NCBI GenBank assembly: GCA_964016885.1
Contig: OZ024743.1
Coordinates: 210,676,001 to 210,740,000, forward strand
Length of the DNA stretch: 64,000 nucleotides
Direction of reading: 5' to 3'
Source of the DNA: Eledone cirrhosa
Lineage: Eukaryota
Numbering within the stretch: position 1 is the first letter of the stretch; every line of letters starts with the position of its first letter. The notes under the pieces were generated by a model that was not told where the DNA came from, did not search any database, and saw only the letters and a program-made list of their open reading frames with translations. The position numbers and the translations under genes were made by a program. Below, in pieces: positions 44,751 to 60,400 of the stretch.

Positions 44751-47049
44751 GCTCTTCACTCCATAAGATATACCACAGTTTACCATCCTATAGCCACACA
44801 TGAAAGCTCTTCACGCCATAAGATATACCACAGTTTACCATCCTATAGCCATACATGAAAGCTCTTCAGTCCATAAGATATACCACAATTTACCATCTTA
44901 TAGCCACACATGAAAGCTGTTCACTCCATAAGATATACCACAGTTTACCATCCTATAGCCATGCATGAAAGCTCTTCAGTCCATAAGATATACCACAGTT
45001 TACCATCCTATAGCCACAGATGAAAGCTCTTCACTCCATAATATATACCACAGTTTACCATCCGATAGCGAGATGAAAGCTCTTCACTCCATAAGATATA
45101 GCACGGTTTACCATCCTATAGCCACACATGAAAGCTCTTCACTCCATAAGATATACCACAGTTTACCATCCTGTAGCCAGATGAAAGCTCTTCACTCCAT
45201 AAGATATACCACAGTTTACCATCCTATGGCCACACATGAAAGCTCTTCACACCATAAGATATACCACAGTTTACCATCCTATAGCCACACATGAAACTCT
45301 TCACTCCATAGGATATATCACAGTTTACCATCCTATAGCCATACATGAAAGCTCTTCACTCCATAAGATATACCACAGTTTACCATCCTATGGCCACACA
45401 TGAAAGCTCTTCACTCCATAAGATATACTACAGTTTACCATCCTATAGCCAGATGAAAGCTCTTCACTCCATAAGATATAGCACAGTTTACCATCGTATA
45501 GCCACAGATGAAAGCTCTTCACTCCATAAGATATAGCACAGTTTACCATCCTATAGCCACAGATGAAAGCTCTTCACTCCATAAGATATACCACAGTTTA
45601 CCATCCTATAGCCACAGATGAAAGCTCTTCACTCCATAAGATATACCACAGTTTACCATCCTATGGCCACACATGAAAGCTCTTCACTCCATAGGATATA
45701 CCACAGTTTACCAGCCTATAGCCACACATGAAAGCTCTTTACACCATGAGATATACCACAGTTTACCATCCTATAGCCACAGATGAAAGCTCTTCAGTCC
45801 ATAAGATATACCACAGTTTACCATCCTATGGCCACACATAAAAGCTCTTCACCCATAAGATATACCACAGTTTACCATCCTTTCGCAAGATGAAAGCTCT
45901 TCACTCCATAGGATATACCACAGTTTACCATCCTATAGCCACAGATGAAAGCTCTTTACACCATGAGATATACCACAGTTTACCATCCTATAGACAGATA
46001 AAAGCTCTTCACTCCATAAGATATACCACAGTTTACCATCCTATCTCCACAGATGAAAGCTCTTCAGTCCATAAGATATACCACAGTTTACCATCCTATA
46101 GCCAGATGAAAACTCTTCACTCCATAAGATATACCAGTTTACCCTCCTATAGCCACACATGAAAGTTCTTCACTCCATAAGATATACCACAGTTTACCAC
46201 CCTATAGCCAGATGAAAGCTCTTCACTCCATAAGATATACCAGTTTACCATCCTATAGCCACAGATGAAAGCTCTTCACCCTATAAGATATACCACAGTT
46301 TACCATCCTATATCCAGATGAAAGCTCTTCACTCCATAAGATATACCACAGTTTACCATCCTATAGCCACACATGAAAGCTCTTCACTCCATAAGATATA
46401 CAGCAGTTTACCATCCTATGGCCACAGATGAAAGCTCTTCACTCCATAAGATATACCACAGTTTACCATCCTATAGCCACAGATGAAAGCACTTCACTCC
46501 ATAAGATATACCACAGTTTACCATCCTATAGCCACACATGAAAGCTCTTCACTCCATGAGATATACCACAGTTTAACATCCTATAGCCACACATGAAAGC
46601 TCTTCACTCCATAAGATATACCACAGTTTACCATCCTGTAGCCAGATGAAAGCTCTTTACTCCGTAAGATATTCCACAGTTTACCATCCTATAGCCACAC
46701 ATGAAACTCTTCACTCCATAGGATATACCACAGTTTACCATCCTATAGCCACACATGAAAGCTCTTCACTCCATAGGATATACCACAGTTTACCATCCTA
46801 TAGCCACACGGGAAAGCTCTTCACTCCATAAGATATACGACAGTTTACCATCCTATAGCCACAGATGAAAGCTCTTCACCCCATAAGATATACCACAGTT
46901 TACCATCCTATAGCCAGATGAAAGCTCTTCACTCCATAAATATATCACAGTTTACCATCCTATAGCCACAGATGAAAGCTCTTCACTCCATAAGATATAC
47001 CACAGTTTACCATCCTGTAGCCACAGATGAAAGCTCTTCACTCCATAAG

Positions 47050-50000
47050 ATATACCACAGTTTACCATCCTGTAGCCAGATGAAAGCTCTTCATTCCATA
47101 AGATATACCACAGTTTACCATCCTATAGCCACACATGAAAGCTCTTCACTCCATAAGATATACCACAGTTTACCATCCTATAGGCAGATGAAAACTCTTC
47201 ACTCCATAAGATATACCACAGTTTACCACCCTATAGCCAGATGAAAGCTCTTCACTCCATAAGATATACCAGTTTACCATCCTATAGCCACAGATGAAAG
47301 CTCTTCGCTCCATAAGATATACCACAGTTTACCACCCTATAGCCAGATGAAAGATCTTCACTCCATAAGATATACCAGTTTACCATCCTATAGCCACAGA
47401 TGAAAGCTCTTCACTCCATAAGATATACCACAGTTTACCATCCTATAGCCACAGATGAAAGCTCTTCACTCCATAAGATATACCAGTTTACCATCCTATA
47501 CCCACAGATGAAAGATCTTCACTCCATAAGATATACCACGGTTTACCACCCTATAGCCAGATGAAAGCTCTTCACTCCATAAGATATACCAGAGTTTACC
47601 ATCCTATAGCCACACATGAAAGCTCTTCACTCCATAAGATATACCACAGTTTACCATCATATAGCCACAGATGAATGCACATCACTCCATAAGATATACC
47701 ACAGTTTACCATCCTATAGCCACAGACGAAAGCTCTTCACCCCATAAGATATACCACAGTTTACCATCCTATAGCCACAGATGAAAGCTCTTCGCTCCAT
47801 AAGATATACCACAGTTTACCATCCTATAGCCACACATGAAAGCTCTTCACTCCATAACATATACCACAGTTTAACATCCTAGAGCCACACATGAAAGCTC
47901 TTCACTCCATAAGATATACCACAGTTTACCATCCTGTAGCCAGATGAAAGCTCTTCACTCTATAAGATATACCACAGTTTACCATCCTATAGCCAGATGA
48001 AAGCTCTTCACTCCATAAGATATACCACAGTTTACCATCCTATAGCCAGATGAAAGCTCTTCACTCCATAAGATATACCACAGTTTACCATCCTATAGCC
48101 ACACATTAAAGCTCTTCACTCCATAAGATATACCACAGTTTACCAACCTATAGCCACAGATGAAAGCTCTTCACTCCATAAGTTATACCACAGTTTACCA
48201 TCCCATAGCCAGATGAAAGCTCTTCACTCCATAAGATATACCAGTTTACCATCATATAGCCACAGATGAAAGCTCTTCACTCCATAAGATATACCACAGT
48301 TTACCATCCTATAGCCAGATGAAAGCTCTTCACTCCATAAGATATAACACATTCTACCATCCTATAGCCAGATGAAACACTTCACTCCATAAGATATACC
48401 ACAGTTTACCATCCTATAGCCACAGATGAAAGCTCTTCACTCCATAAGATATACCACAGTTTACCATCCTATGTCCACAGATGAAAGCTCTTCACTCCAT
48501 AAGATATACCACAGTTTACCATCCTATGGCCACACATGAAAGCTCTTCACTCCATAAGATATACCACAGTTTACCATCCTATAGCCACACATGAAACTCT
48601 TCACTCCATAGGATATACCACAGTTTACCATCCTATAGCCACACATGAATGCTCTTCACTCCATAGGATATACCACAGTTTACCATCCTATAGCCATACA
48701 TGAAAGCTCTTCAGTCCATAAGATATACCACAGTTTACCATCCTATAGCCACAGATGAAAGCTCTTCACTCCATAAGATATACTACAGTTTACCATCCTA
48801 TAGCCAGATGAAAGCTCTTCACTCCATAAGATATAGCACAGTTTACCATCCTATAGCCACAGATGAAAGCTCTTCACTCCATAATATATACCACAGTTTA
48901 CCATCCTATAGCAAGATGAAAGCTCTTCACTCCATAAGATATACCACAGTTTACCATCCTATAGCCAGACATGAAAGCTCTTCACTCCATAAGATATACC
49001 ACAGTTTACCATCCTATAGCTAGATGAAAGCTCTTCACTCCATAAATATATCACAGTTTACCATCCTATAGCCACAGATGAAAGCTCTTCACTCCATAAG
49101 ATATACCACAGTTTACCATCCTATAGCCACACATGAAAACTCTTCACTCCATAAGATATACCACAGTTTACCATCCTGTAGCCAGATGAAAGCTCTTCAT
49201 TCCATAAGATATACCACAGTTTACCATCCTATAGCCACACATGAAAGCTCTTCACTCCATAAGATATACCACAGTTTACCATCCTATAGGCAGATGAAAA
49301 CTCTTCACTCCATAAGATATACCACAGTTTACCACCCTATAGCCAGATGAAAGCTCTTCACTCCATAAGATATACCAGTTTACCATCCTATAGCCACAGA
49401 TGAAAGCTCTTCGCTCCATAAGATATACCACAGTTTACCACTCTATAGCCAGATGGAAGATCTTCACTCCATAAGATATACCAGTTTACCATCCTATAGC
49501 CACAGATGGAAGCTCTTCACTCCATAAGATATACCACAGTTTACCATCCTATAGCCACAGATGAAAGCTCTTCACTCCATAAGATATACCAGTTTACCAT
49601 CCTATAGCCACAGATGTAAGCTCTTCACTCCATAAGATATACCACAGTTTACCACCCTATAGCCAGATGAAAGCTCTTCACTCCATAAGATATACCAGAG
49701 TTTACCATCCTATAGCCACACATGAAAGCTCTTCACTCCATAAGATATACCACAGTTTACCATCATATAGCCACAGATGAATGCACATCACTCCATAAGA
49801 TATACCACAGTTTACTATCCTATAGCCACAGATGAAAGCTCTTCACCCCATAAGATATACCACAGTTTACCATCCTATAGCCACAGATGAAAGCTCTTCG
49901 CTCCATAAGATATACCACAGTTTACCATCCTATAGCCACACATGAAAGATCTTCACTCCATAACATATACCACAGTTTAACATCCTAGAGCCACACATGA

Positions 50001-51500
50001 AAGCTCTTCACTCCATAAGATATACCACAGTTTACCATCCTGTAGCCAGATGAAAGCTCTTCACTCTATAAGATATACCACAGTTTACCATCCTATAGCC
50101 AGATGAAAGCTCTTCACTCCATAAGATATACCACAGTTTACCATCCTATAGCCAGATGAAAGCTCTTCACTCCATAAGATATACCACAGTTTACCATCCT
50201 ATAGCCACACATTAAAGCTCTTCACTCCATAAGATATACCACAGTTTACCAACCTATAGCCACAGATGAAAGCTCTTCACTCCATAAGTTATACCACAGT
50301 TTACCATCCCATAGCCAGATGAAAGCTCTTCACTCCATAAGATATACCAGTTTACCATCATATAGCCACAGATGAAAGCTCTTCACTCCATAAGATATAC
50401 CACAGTTTACCATCCTATAGCCAGATGAAAGCTCTTCACTCCATAAGATATAACACATTCTACCATCCTATAGCCAGATGAAACACTTCACTCCATAAGA
50501 TATACCACAGTTTACCATCCTATAGCCACAGATGAAAGCTCTTCACTCCATAAGATATACCACAGTTTACCATCCTATGTCCACAGATGAAAGCTCTTCA
50601 CTCCATAAGATATACCACAGTTTACCATCCTATGGCCACACATGAAAGCTCTTCACTCCATAAGATATACCACAGTTTACCATCCTATAGCCACACATGA
50701 AACTCTTCACTCCATAGGATATACCACAGTTTACCATCCTATAGCCACACATGAATGCTCTTCACTCCATAGGATATACCACAGTTTACCATCCTATAGC
50801 CATACATGAAAGCTCTTCAGTCCATAAGATATACCACAGTTTACCATCCTATAGCCACAGATGAAAGCTCTTCACTCCATAAGATATACTACAGTTTACC
50901 ATCCTATAGCCAGATGAAAGCTCTTCACTCCATAAGATATAGCACAGTTTACCATCCTATAGCCACAGATGAAAGCTCTTCACTCCATAATATATACCAC
51001 AGTTTACCATCCTATAGCAAGATGAAAGCTCTTCACTCCATAAGATATACCACAGTTTACCATCCTATAGCCAGACATGAAAGCTCTTCACTCCATAAGA
51101 TATACCACAGTTTACCATCCTATAGCCAGATGAAAGCTCTTCACTCCATAAATATATCACAGTTTACCATCCTATAGCCACAGATGAAAGCTCTTCACTC
51201 CATAAGATATACCACAGTTTACCATCCTATAGCCACACATGAAAACTCTTCACTCCATAAGATATACCACAGTTTACCATCCTGTAGCCAGATGAAAGCT
51301 CTTCATTCCATAAGATATACCACAGTTTACCATCCTATAGCCACACATGAAAGCTCTTCACTCCATAAGATATACCACAGTTTACCATCCTATAGGCAGA
51401 TGAAAACTCTTCACTCCATAAGATATACCACAGTTTACCACCCTATAGCCAGATGAAAGCTCTTCACTCCATAAGATATACCAGTTTACCATCCTATAGC
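47050..51500 (+). repeat. Tandem HOR units of 2106 bp (~39 monomers)
   Basis: CCATAACAT 47852/49958, TCCCATAG 48201/50307, ATGTCCAC 48471/50577, GCCAGACATG 48964/51070. ORF offsets 48700>50806 and 49078>51184. Confidence 0.9.
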
Positions 51501-54499
51501 CACAGATGGAAGCTCTTCACTCCATAAGATATACCACAGTTTACCATCCTATAGCCACAGATGAAAGCTCTTCACTCCATAAGATATACCAGTTTACCAT
51601 CCTATAGCCACAGATGTAAGCTCTTCACTCCATAAGATATACCACAGTTTACCACCCTATAGCCAGATGAAAGCTCTTCACTCCATAAGATATACCACAG
51701 TTTACCATCCTATAGCCAGATGAAAGCTCTTCGCTCCATAAGATATACCACAGTTTACCACTCTATAGCCAGATGGAAGATCTTCACTCCATAAGATATA
51801 CCAGTTTACCATCCTATAGCCACAGATGGAAGCTCTTCACTCCATAAGATATACCACAGTTTACCATCCTATAGCCACAGATGAAAGCTCTTCACTCCAT
51901 AAGATATACCAGTTTACCATCCTATAGCCACAGATGTAAGCTCTTCACTCCATAAGATATACCACAGTTTACCACCCTATAGCCAGATGAAAGCTCTTCA
52001 CTCCATAAGATATACCAGAGTTTACCATCCTATAGCCACACATGAAAGCTCTTCACTCCATAAGATATACCACAGTTTACCATCATATAGCCACAGATGA
52101 ATGCACATCACTCCATAAGATATACCACAGTTTACCATCCTATAGCCACAGATGAAAGCTCTTCACCCCATAAGATATACCACAGTTTACCATCCTATAG
52201 CCACAGATGAATGCTCTTTGCTCCATAAGATATACCACAGTTTACCATCCTATAGCCACACATGAAAGCTCTTCACTCCATAAGATATACCACAGTTTAA
52301 CATACTATAGCCACACATGAAAGCTCTTCACTCCATGAGATATACCACAGTTTACCATCCTGTAGCCAGATGAAAGCTCTTTACTCTATAAGATATACCA
52401 CAGTTTACCATCCTATAGCCAGATGAAAGCTCTTCACTCCATAAGATATACCACAGATTACCATCCTGTAGCCAGATGAAAGCTCTTCACTCCATAAGAT
52501 ATACAACAGTTTACCAACCTATAGCCACAGATGAAAGCTCTTCACTCCATAAGATATACCACAGTTTACCATCCTATAGCCAGATGAAAGCTCTTCACTC
52601 CATAAGATATACCACAGTTTACCATCCTATAGCCAGATGAAAGCTCTTCACTCCATAAGATATACCACAGTTTACCATCCTATAGCCAGATGAAAGCTCT
52701 TCACTCCATAAGATATACCACAGTTTACCATCCTATAGCCACACATTAAAGCTCTTCACTCCATAAGATATACCACAGTTTACCAACCTATAGCCACAGA
52801 TGAAAGCTCTTCACTCCATAAGTTATACCACAGTTTACCATCCCATAGCCAGATGAAAGCTCTTCACTCCATAAGATATACCAGTTTACCATCATATAGC
52901 CACAGATGAAAGCTCTTCACTCCATAAGATATACCACAGTTTACCATCCTATAGCCAGATGAAAGCTCTTCACTCCATAAGATATAACACATTCTACCAT
53001 CCTATAGCCAGATGAAACACTTCACTCCATAAGATATACCACAGTTTACCATCCTATAGCCACAGATGAAAGCTCTTCACTCCATAAGATATACCACAGT
53101 TTACCATCCTATGGCCACAGATGAAAGCTCTTCACTCCATAAGATATACCACAGTTTACCATCCTATGGCCACACATGAAAGCTCTTCACTCCATAAGAT
53201 ATACCACAGTTTACCATCCTATAGCCACACATGAAACTCTTCACTCCATAGGATATACCACAGTTTACCATCCTATAGCCACACATGAATGCTCTTCACT
53301 CCATAGGATATACCACAGTTTACCATCCTATAGCCATACATGAAAGCTCTTCAGTCCATAAGATATACCACAGTTTACCATCCTATAGCCACAGATGAAA
53401 GCTCTTCACTCCATAAGATATACTACAGTTTACCATCCTATAGCCAGATGAAAGCTCTTCACTCCATAAGATATAGCACAGTTTACCATCCTATAGCCAC
53501 AGATGAAAGCTCTTCACTCCATAATATATACCACAGTTTACCATCCTATAGCAAGATGAAAGCTCTTCACTCCATAAGATATACCACAGTTTACCATCCT
53601 ATAGCCACACATGAAAGCTCTTCACTCCATAAATATATCACAGTTTACCATCCTATAGCCACAGATGAAAGCTCTTCACTCCATAAGATATACCACAGTT
53701 TACCATCCTATAGCCACACATGAAAACTCTTCACTCCATAAGATATACCACAGTTTACCATCCTGTAGCCAGATGAAAGCTCTTCATTCCATAAGATATA
53801 CCACAGTTTACCATCCTATAGCCACACATGAAAGCTCTTCACTCCATAAGATATACCACAGTTTACCATCCTATAGGCAGATGAAAACTCTTCACTCCAT
53901 AAGATATACCACAGTTTACCACCCTATAGCCAGATGAAAGCTCTTCACTCCATAAGATATACCAGTTTACCATCCTATAGCCACAGATGAAAGCTCTTCG
54001 CTCCATAAGATATACCACAGTTTACCACCCTATAGCCAGATGGAAGATCTTCACTCCATAAGATATACCAGTTTACCATCCAATAGCCACAGATGAAAGC
54101 TCTTCACTCCATAAGATATACCACAGTTTACCATCCTATAGCCACAGATGAAAGCTCTTCACTCCATAAGATATACCAGTTTACCATCCTATAGCCACAG
54201 ATGAAAGCTCTTCACTCCATAAGATATACCACAGTTTACCACCCTATAGCCAGATGAAAGCTCTTCACTCCATAAGATATACCAGAGTTTACCATCCTAT
54301 AGCCACACATGAAAGCTCTTCACTCCATAAGATATACCACAGTTTACCATCATATAGCCACAGATGAATGCACATCACTCCATAAGATATACCACAGTTT
54401 ACCATCCTATAGCCACAGATGAAAGCTCTTCACCCCATAAGATATACCACAGTTTACCATCCTATAGCCACAGATGAAAGCTCTTTGCTCCATAAGATA

Positions 54500-57400
54500 T
54501 ACCACAGTTTACCATCCTATAGCCACACATGAAAGCTCTTCACTCCATAAGATATACCACAGTTTAACATACTATAGCCACACATGAAAGCTCTTCACTC
54601 CATGAGATATACCAGTTTACCATCCTGTAGCCAGATGAAAGCTCTTTACTCTATAAGATATACCACAGTTTACCATCCTATAGCCAGATGAAAGCTCTTC
54701 ACTCCATAAGATATACCACAGATTACCATCCTGTAGCCAGATGAAAGCTCTTCACTCCATAAGATATACAACAGTTTACCAACCTATAGCCACAGATGAA
54801 AGCTCTTCACTCCATAAGATATACCACAGTTTACCATCCTATAGCCAGATGAAAGCTCTTCACTCCATAAGATATACCACATTTACCATACTATAGCCAC
54901 ACATTAAAGCTCTTCACTCCATAAGATATACCACAGTTTACCAACCTATAGCCACAGATGAAAGCTCTTCACTCCATAAGTTATACCACAGTTTACCATC
55001 CTATAGCCAGATGAAAGCTCTTCACTCCATAAGATATACCAGTTTACCATCATATAGCCACAGATGAAAGCTCTTCACTCCATAAGATATACCACAGTTT
55101 ACCATCCTATAGCCAGATGAAAGCTCTTCACTCCATAAGATATAACACATTCTACCATCCTATAGCCAGATGAAACACTTCACTCCATAAGATATACCAC
55201 AGTTTACCATCCTATAGCCACAGATGAAAGCTCTTCACTCCATAAGATATACCACAGTTTACCATCCTATGGCCACAGATGAAAGCTCTTCACTCCATAA
55301 GATATACCACAGTTTACCATCCTATAGCCACACATGAAACTCTTCACTCCATAGGATATACCACAGTTTACCATCCTATAGCCACACATGAATGCTCTTC
55401 ACTCCATAGGATATACCACAGTTTACCATCCTATAGCCATACATGAAAGCTCTTCAGTCCATAAGATATACCACAGTTTACCATCCTATAGCCACAGATG
55501 AAAGCTCTTCACTCCATAAGATATACCACAGTTTACCATCCTATAGTCAGATGAAAGCTCTTCACTCCATAAGATATAGCACAGTTTACCATCCTAGAGC
55601 CACAGATGAAAGCTCTTCACTCCATAAGATATACCACAGTTTACCATCCTATAGCCACACATGAAAGCTCTTCACTCCATAAGATATACCACAGTTTACC
55701 ATCCTATAGCCAGATAAAAGCTCTTCACTCCATAAATATATCACACTTTACCATCCTATAGCCACAGATGAAAGCTATTCACTCCATAAGATATACCACA
55801 GTTTACCATCCTATAGCCACACATGAAAACTCTTCACTCCATAAGATATACCACAGTTTACCATCCTGTAGCCAGATGAAAGCTCTTCATTCCATAAGAT
55901 ATACCACAGTTTACCATCCTATAGCCACACATGAAAGCTCTTCACTCCATAAGATATACCACAGTTTACCATCCTATAGGCAGATGAAAACTCTTCACTC
56001 CATAAGATATACCACAGTTTACCACCCTATAGCCAGATGAAAGCTCTTCACTCCATAAGATATACCAGTTTACCATCCTATAGCCACAGATGAAAGCTCT
56101 TCGCTCCATAAGATATACCACAGTTTACCACCCTATAGCCAGATGAAAGATCTTCACTCCATAAGATATACCAGTTTACCATCCTATAGCCACAGATGAA
56201 AGCTCTTCACTCCATAAGATATACCACAGTTTACCATCCTATAGCCACAGATGAAAGCTCTTCACTCCATAAGATATACCACAGTTGACCACCCTATAGT
56301 CAGATGAAAGCTCTTCACTCCATAAGATATACCAGAGTTTACCATCCTATAGCCACACATGAAAGCTCTTCACTCCATAAGATATACCACAGTTTACCAT
56401 CATATAGCCACAGATGAATGCACATCACTCCATAAGATATACCACAGTTTACCATCCTATAGCCACAGATGAAAGCTCTTCACCCCATAAGATATACCAC
56501 AGTTTACCATCCTATAGCCACAGATGAAAGCTCTTTGCTCCATAAGATATACCACAGATTACCATCCTGTAGCCAGATGAAAGCTCTTCACTCCATAAGA
56601 TATACCACAGTTTACCATCCTATAGCTACACATTAAAGCTCTTCACTCCATAAGATATACCACAGTTTACCAACCTATAGCCACAGATGAAAGCTCTTCA
56701 CTCCATAAGTTATACCACAGTTTACCATCCTATAGCCAGATGAAAGCTCTTCACGCCATAAGATATACCAGTTTACCATCATATAGCCACAGATGAAAGC
56801 TCTTCACTCCATAAGATATACCACAGTTTACCATCCTATAGCCAGATGAAAGCTCTTCACTCCATAAGATATACCACATTCTACCATCCTATAGCCAGAT
56901 GAAACCCTTCACTCCATAAGATATACCACAGTTTACCATCCTATAGCCACAGATGAAAGCTCTTCACTCCATAAGATATACCACAGTTTACCATCCTATG
57001 GCCACAGATGAAAGCTCATCACTCCATAAGATATACCACAGTTTACCATCCTATAGCCACACATGAAAGCTCTTCACTCCATAATATATACCACAGTTTA
57101 CCATCCGATAGCGAGATGAAAGCTCTTCACTCCATAAGATATACCACAGTTTACCATCCTATAGCCACACATGAAAGCTCTTCACTCCATAAGATATACC
57201 ACAGTTTACCATCCTATAGCCACAGATGAAAGCTCTTCACTCCATAAGATATACCACAGTTTACCATCCTATAGCCACACATGAAACTCTTCACTCCATA
57301 GGATATACCACAGTTTACCATCCTATAGCCACACATGAATGCTCTTCACTCCATAGGATATACCACAGTTTACCATCCTATAGCCATACATGAAAGCTCT

Positions 57401-60400
57401 TCAGTCCATAAGATATACCACAGTTTACCATCCTATAGCCACAGATGAAAGCTCTTCACTCCATAAGATATACTACAGCTTACCATCCTATAGCCAGATG
57501 AAAGCTCTTCACTCCATAAGATATAGCACAGTTTACCAGCCTATAGCCACAGATGAAAGCTCTTCACTCCATAAGATATACCACAGTTTACCATCCTATT
57601 GCCACAGATGAAAGCTCTTCGCTCCATAAGATATACCACAGTTTACCACCCTATAGCCAGATGGAAGATCTTCACTCCATAAGATATACCAGTTTACCAT
57701 CCTATAGCCACAGATGAAAGCTCTTCACTCCATAAGATATACCACAGTTTACCATCCTATAGCCACAGATGAAAGCTCTTCACTCCATAAGATATACCAG
57801 TTTACCATCCTATAGCCACAGATGAAAGCTCTTCACTCCATAAGATATACCACAGTTTACCACCCTATAGCCAGATGAAAGCTCTTCACTCCATAAGATA
57901 TACCAGAGTTTACCATCCTATAGCCACACATGAAAGCTCTTCACTCCATAAGATATACCACAGTTTACCATCCTATAGCCAGATGAAAGCTCTTCACTCC
58001 ATAAGATATACCACAGTTTACCACCCTATAGCCAGATGAAAGCTCTTCACTCCATAAGATATAGCACAGTTTACCAGCCTATAGCCACAGATGAAAGCTC
58101 TTCACTCCATAAGATATACCACAGTTTACCATCCTATTGCCACAGATGAAAGCTCTTCGCTCCATAAGATATACCACAGTTTACCATCCTATAGCCACAC
58201 ATGAAAGCTCTTCACTCCATAAGATATACCACAGTTTAACATACTATAGCCACACATGAAAGCTCTTCACTCCATGAGATATACCACAGTTTACCATCCT
58301 GTAGCCAGATGAAAGCTCTTTACTCTATAAGATATACCACAGTTTACCATCCTATAGCCAGATGAAAGCTCTTCACTCCATAAGATATACCACAGATTAC
58401 CATCCTGTAGCCAGATGAAAGCTCTTCACTCCATAAGATATACAACAGTTTACCAACCTATAGCCACAGATGAAAGCTCTTCACTCCATAAGATATACCA
58501 CAGTTTACCATCCTATAGCCAGATGAAAGCTCTTCACTCCATAAGATATACCACATTTACCATACTATAGCCACACATTAAAGCTCTTCACTCCATAAGA
58601 TATACCACAGTTTACCAACCTATAGCCACAGATGAAAGCTCTTCACTCCATAAGTTATACCACAGTTTACCATCCTATAGCCAGATGAAAGCTCTTCACT
58701 CCATAAGATATACCAGTTTACCATCATATAGCCACAGATGAAAGCTCTTCACTCCATAAGATATACCACAGTTTACCATCCTATAGCCAGATGAAAGCTC
58801 TTCACTCCATAAGATATAACACATTCTACCATCCTATAGCCAGATGAAACACTTCACTCCATAAGATATACCACAGTTTACCATCCTATAGCCACAGATG
58901 AAAGCTCTTCACTCCATAAGATATACCACAGTTTACCATCCTATGGCCACAGATGAAAGCTCTTCACTCCATAAGATATACCACAGTTTACCATCCTATA
59001 GCCACACATGAAACTCTTCACTCCATAGGATATACCACAGTTTACCATCCTATAGCCACACATGAATGCTCTTCACTCCATAGGATATACCACAGTTTAC
59101 CATCCTATAGCCATACATGAAAGCTCTTCAGTCCATAAGATATACCACAGTTTACCATCCTATAGCCACAGATGAAAGCTCTTCACTCCATAAGATATAC
59201 TACAGTTTACCATCCTATAGTCAGATGAAAGCTCTTCACTCCATAAGATATAGCACAGTTTACCATCCTAGAGCCACAGATGAAAGCTCTTCACTCCATA
59301 AGATATACCACAGTTTACCATCCTATAGCCACACATGAAAGCTCTTCACTCCATAAGATATACCACAGTTTACCATCCTATAGCCAGATGAAAGCTCTTC
59401 ACTCCATAAATATATCACACTTTACCATCCTATAGCCACAGATGAAAGCTATTCACTCCATAAGATATACCACAGTTTACCATCCTATAGCCACACATGA
59501 ACACTCTTCACTCCATAAGATATACCACAGTTTACCATCCTGTAGCCAGATGAAAGCTCTTCATTCCATAAGATATACCACAGTTTACCATCCTATAGCC
59601 ACACATGAAAGCTCTTCACTCCATAAGATATACCACAGTTTACCATCCTATAGGCAGATGAAAACTCTTCACTCCATAAGATATACCACAGTTTACCACC
59701 CTATAGCCAGATGAAAGCTCTTCACTCCATAAGATATACCAGTTTACCATCCTATAGCCACAGATGAAAGCTCTTCGCTCCATAAGATATACCACAGTTT
59801 ACCACCCTATAGCCAGATGAAAGATCTTCACTCCATAAGATATACCAGTTTACCATCCTATAGCCACAGATGAAAGCTCTTCACTCCATAAGATATACCA
59901 CAGTTTACCATCCTATAGCCACAGATGAAAGCTCTTCACTCCATAAGATATACCAGTTTACCATCCTATAGCCACAGATGAAAGCTCTTCACTCCATAAG
60001 ATATACCACAGTTTACCACCCTATAGTCAGATGAAAGCTCTTCACTCCATAAGATATACCAGAGTTTACCATCCTATAGCCACAGATGAATGCACATCAC
60101 TCCATAAGATATACCACAGTTTACCATCCTATAGCCACAGATGAAAGCTCTTCACCCCATAAGATATACCACAGTTTACCATCCTATAGCCACAGATGAA
60201 AGCTCTTTGCTCCATAAGATATACCACAGTTTACCATCCTATAGCCACACATGAAAGCTCTTCACTCCATAAGATATACCACAGTTTAACATCCTATAGC
60301 CACACATGAAAGCTCTTCACTCCATAAGATATACCACAGTTTACCATCCTGTAGCCAGATGAAAGCTCTTCACTCCATAAGATATACCACAGTTTACCAT

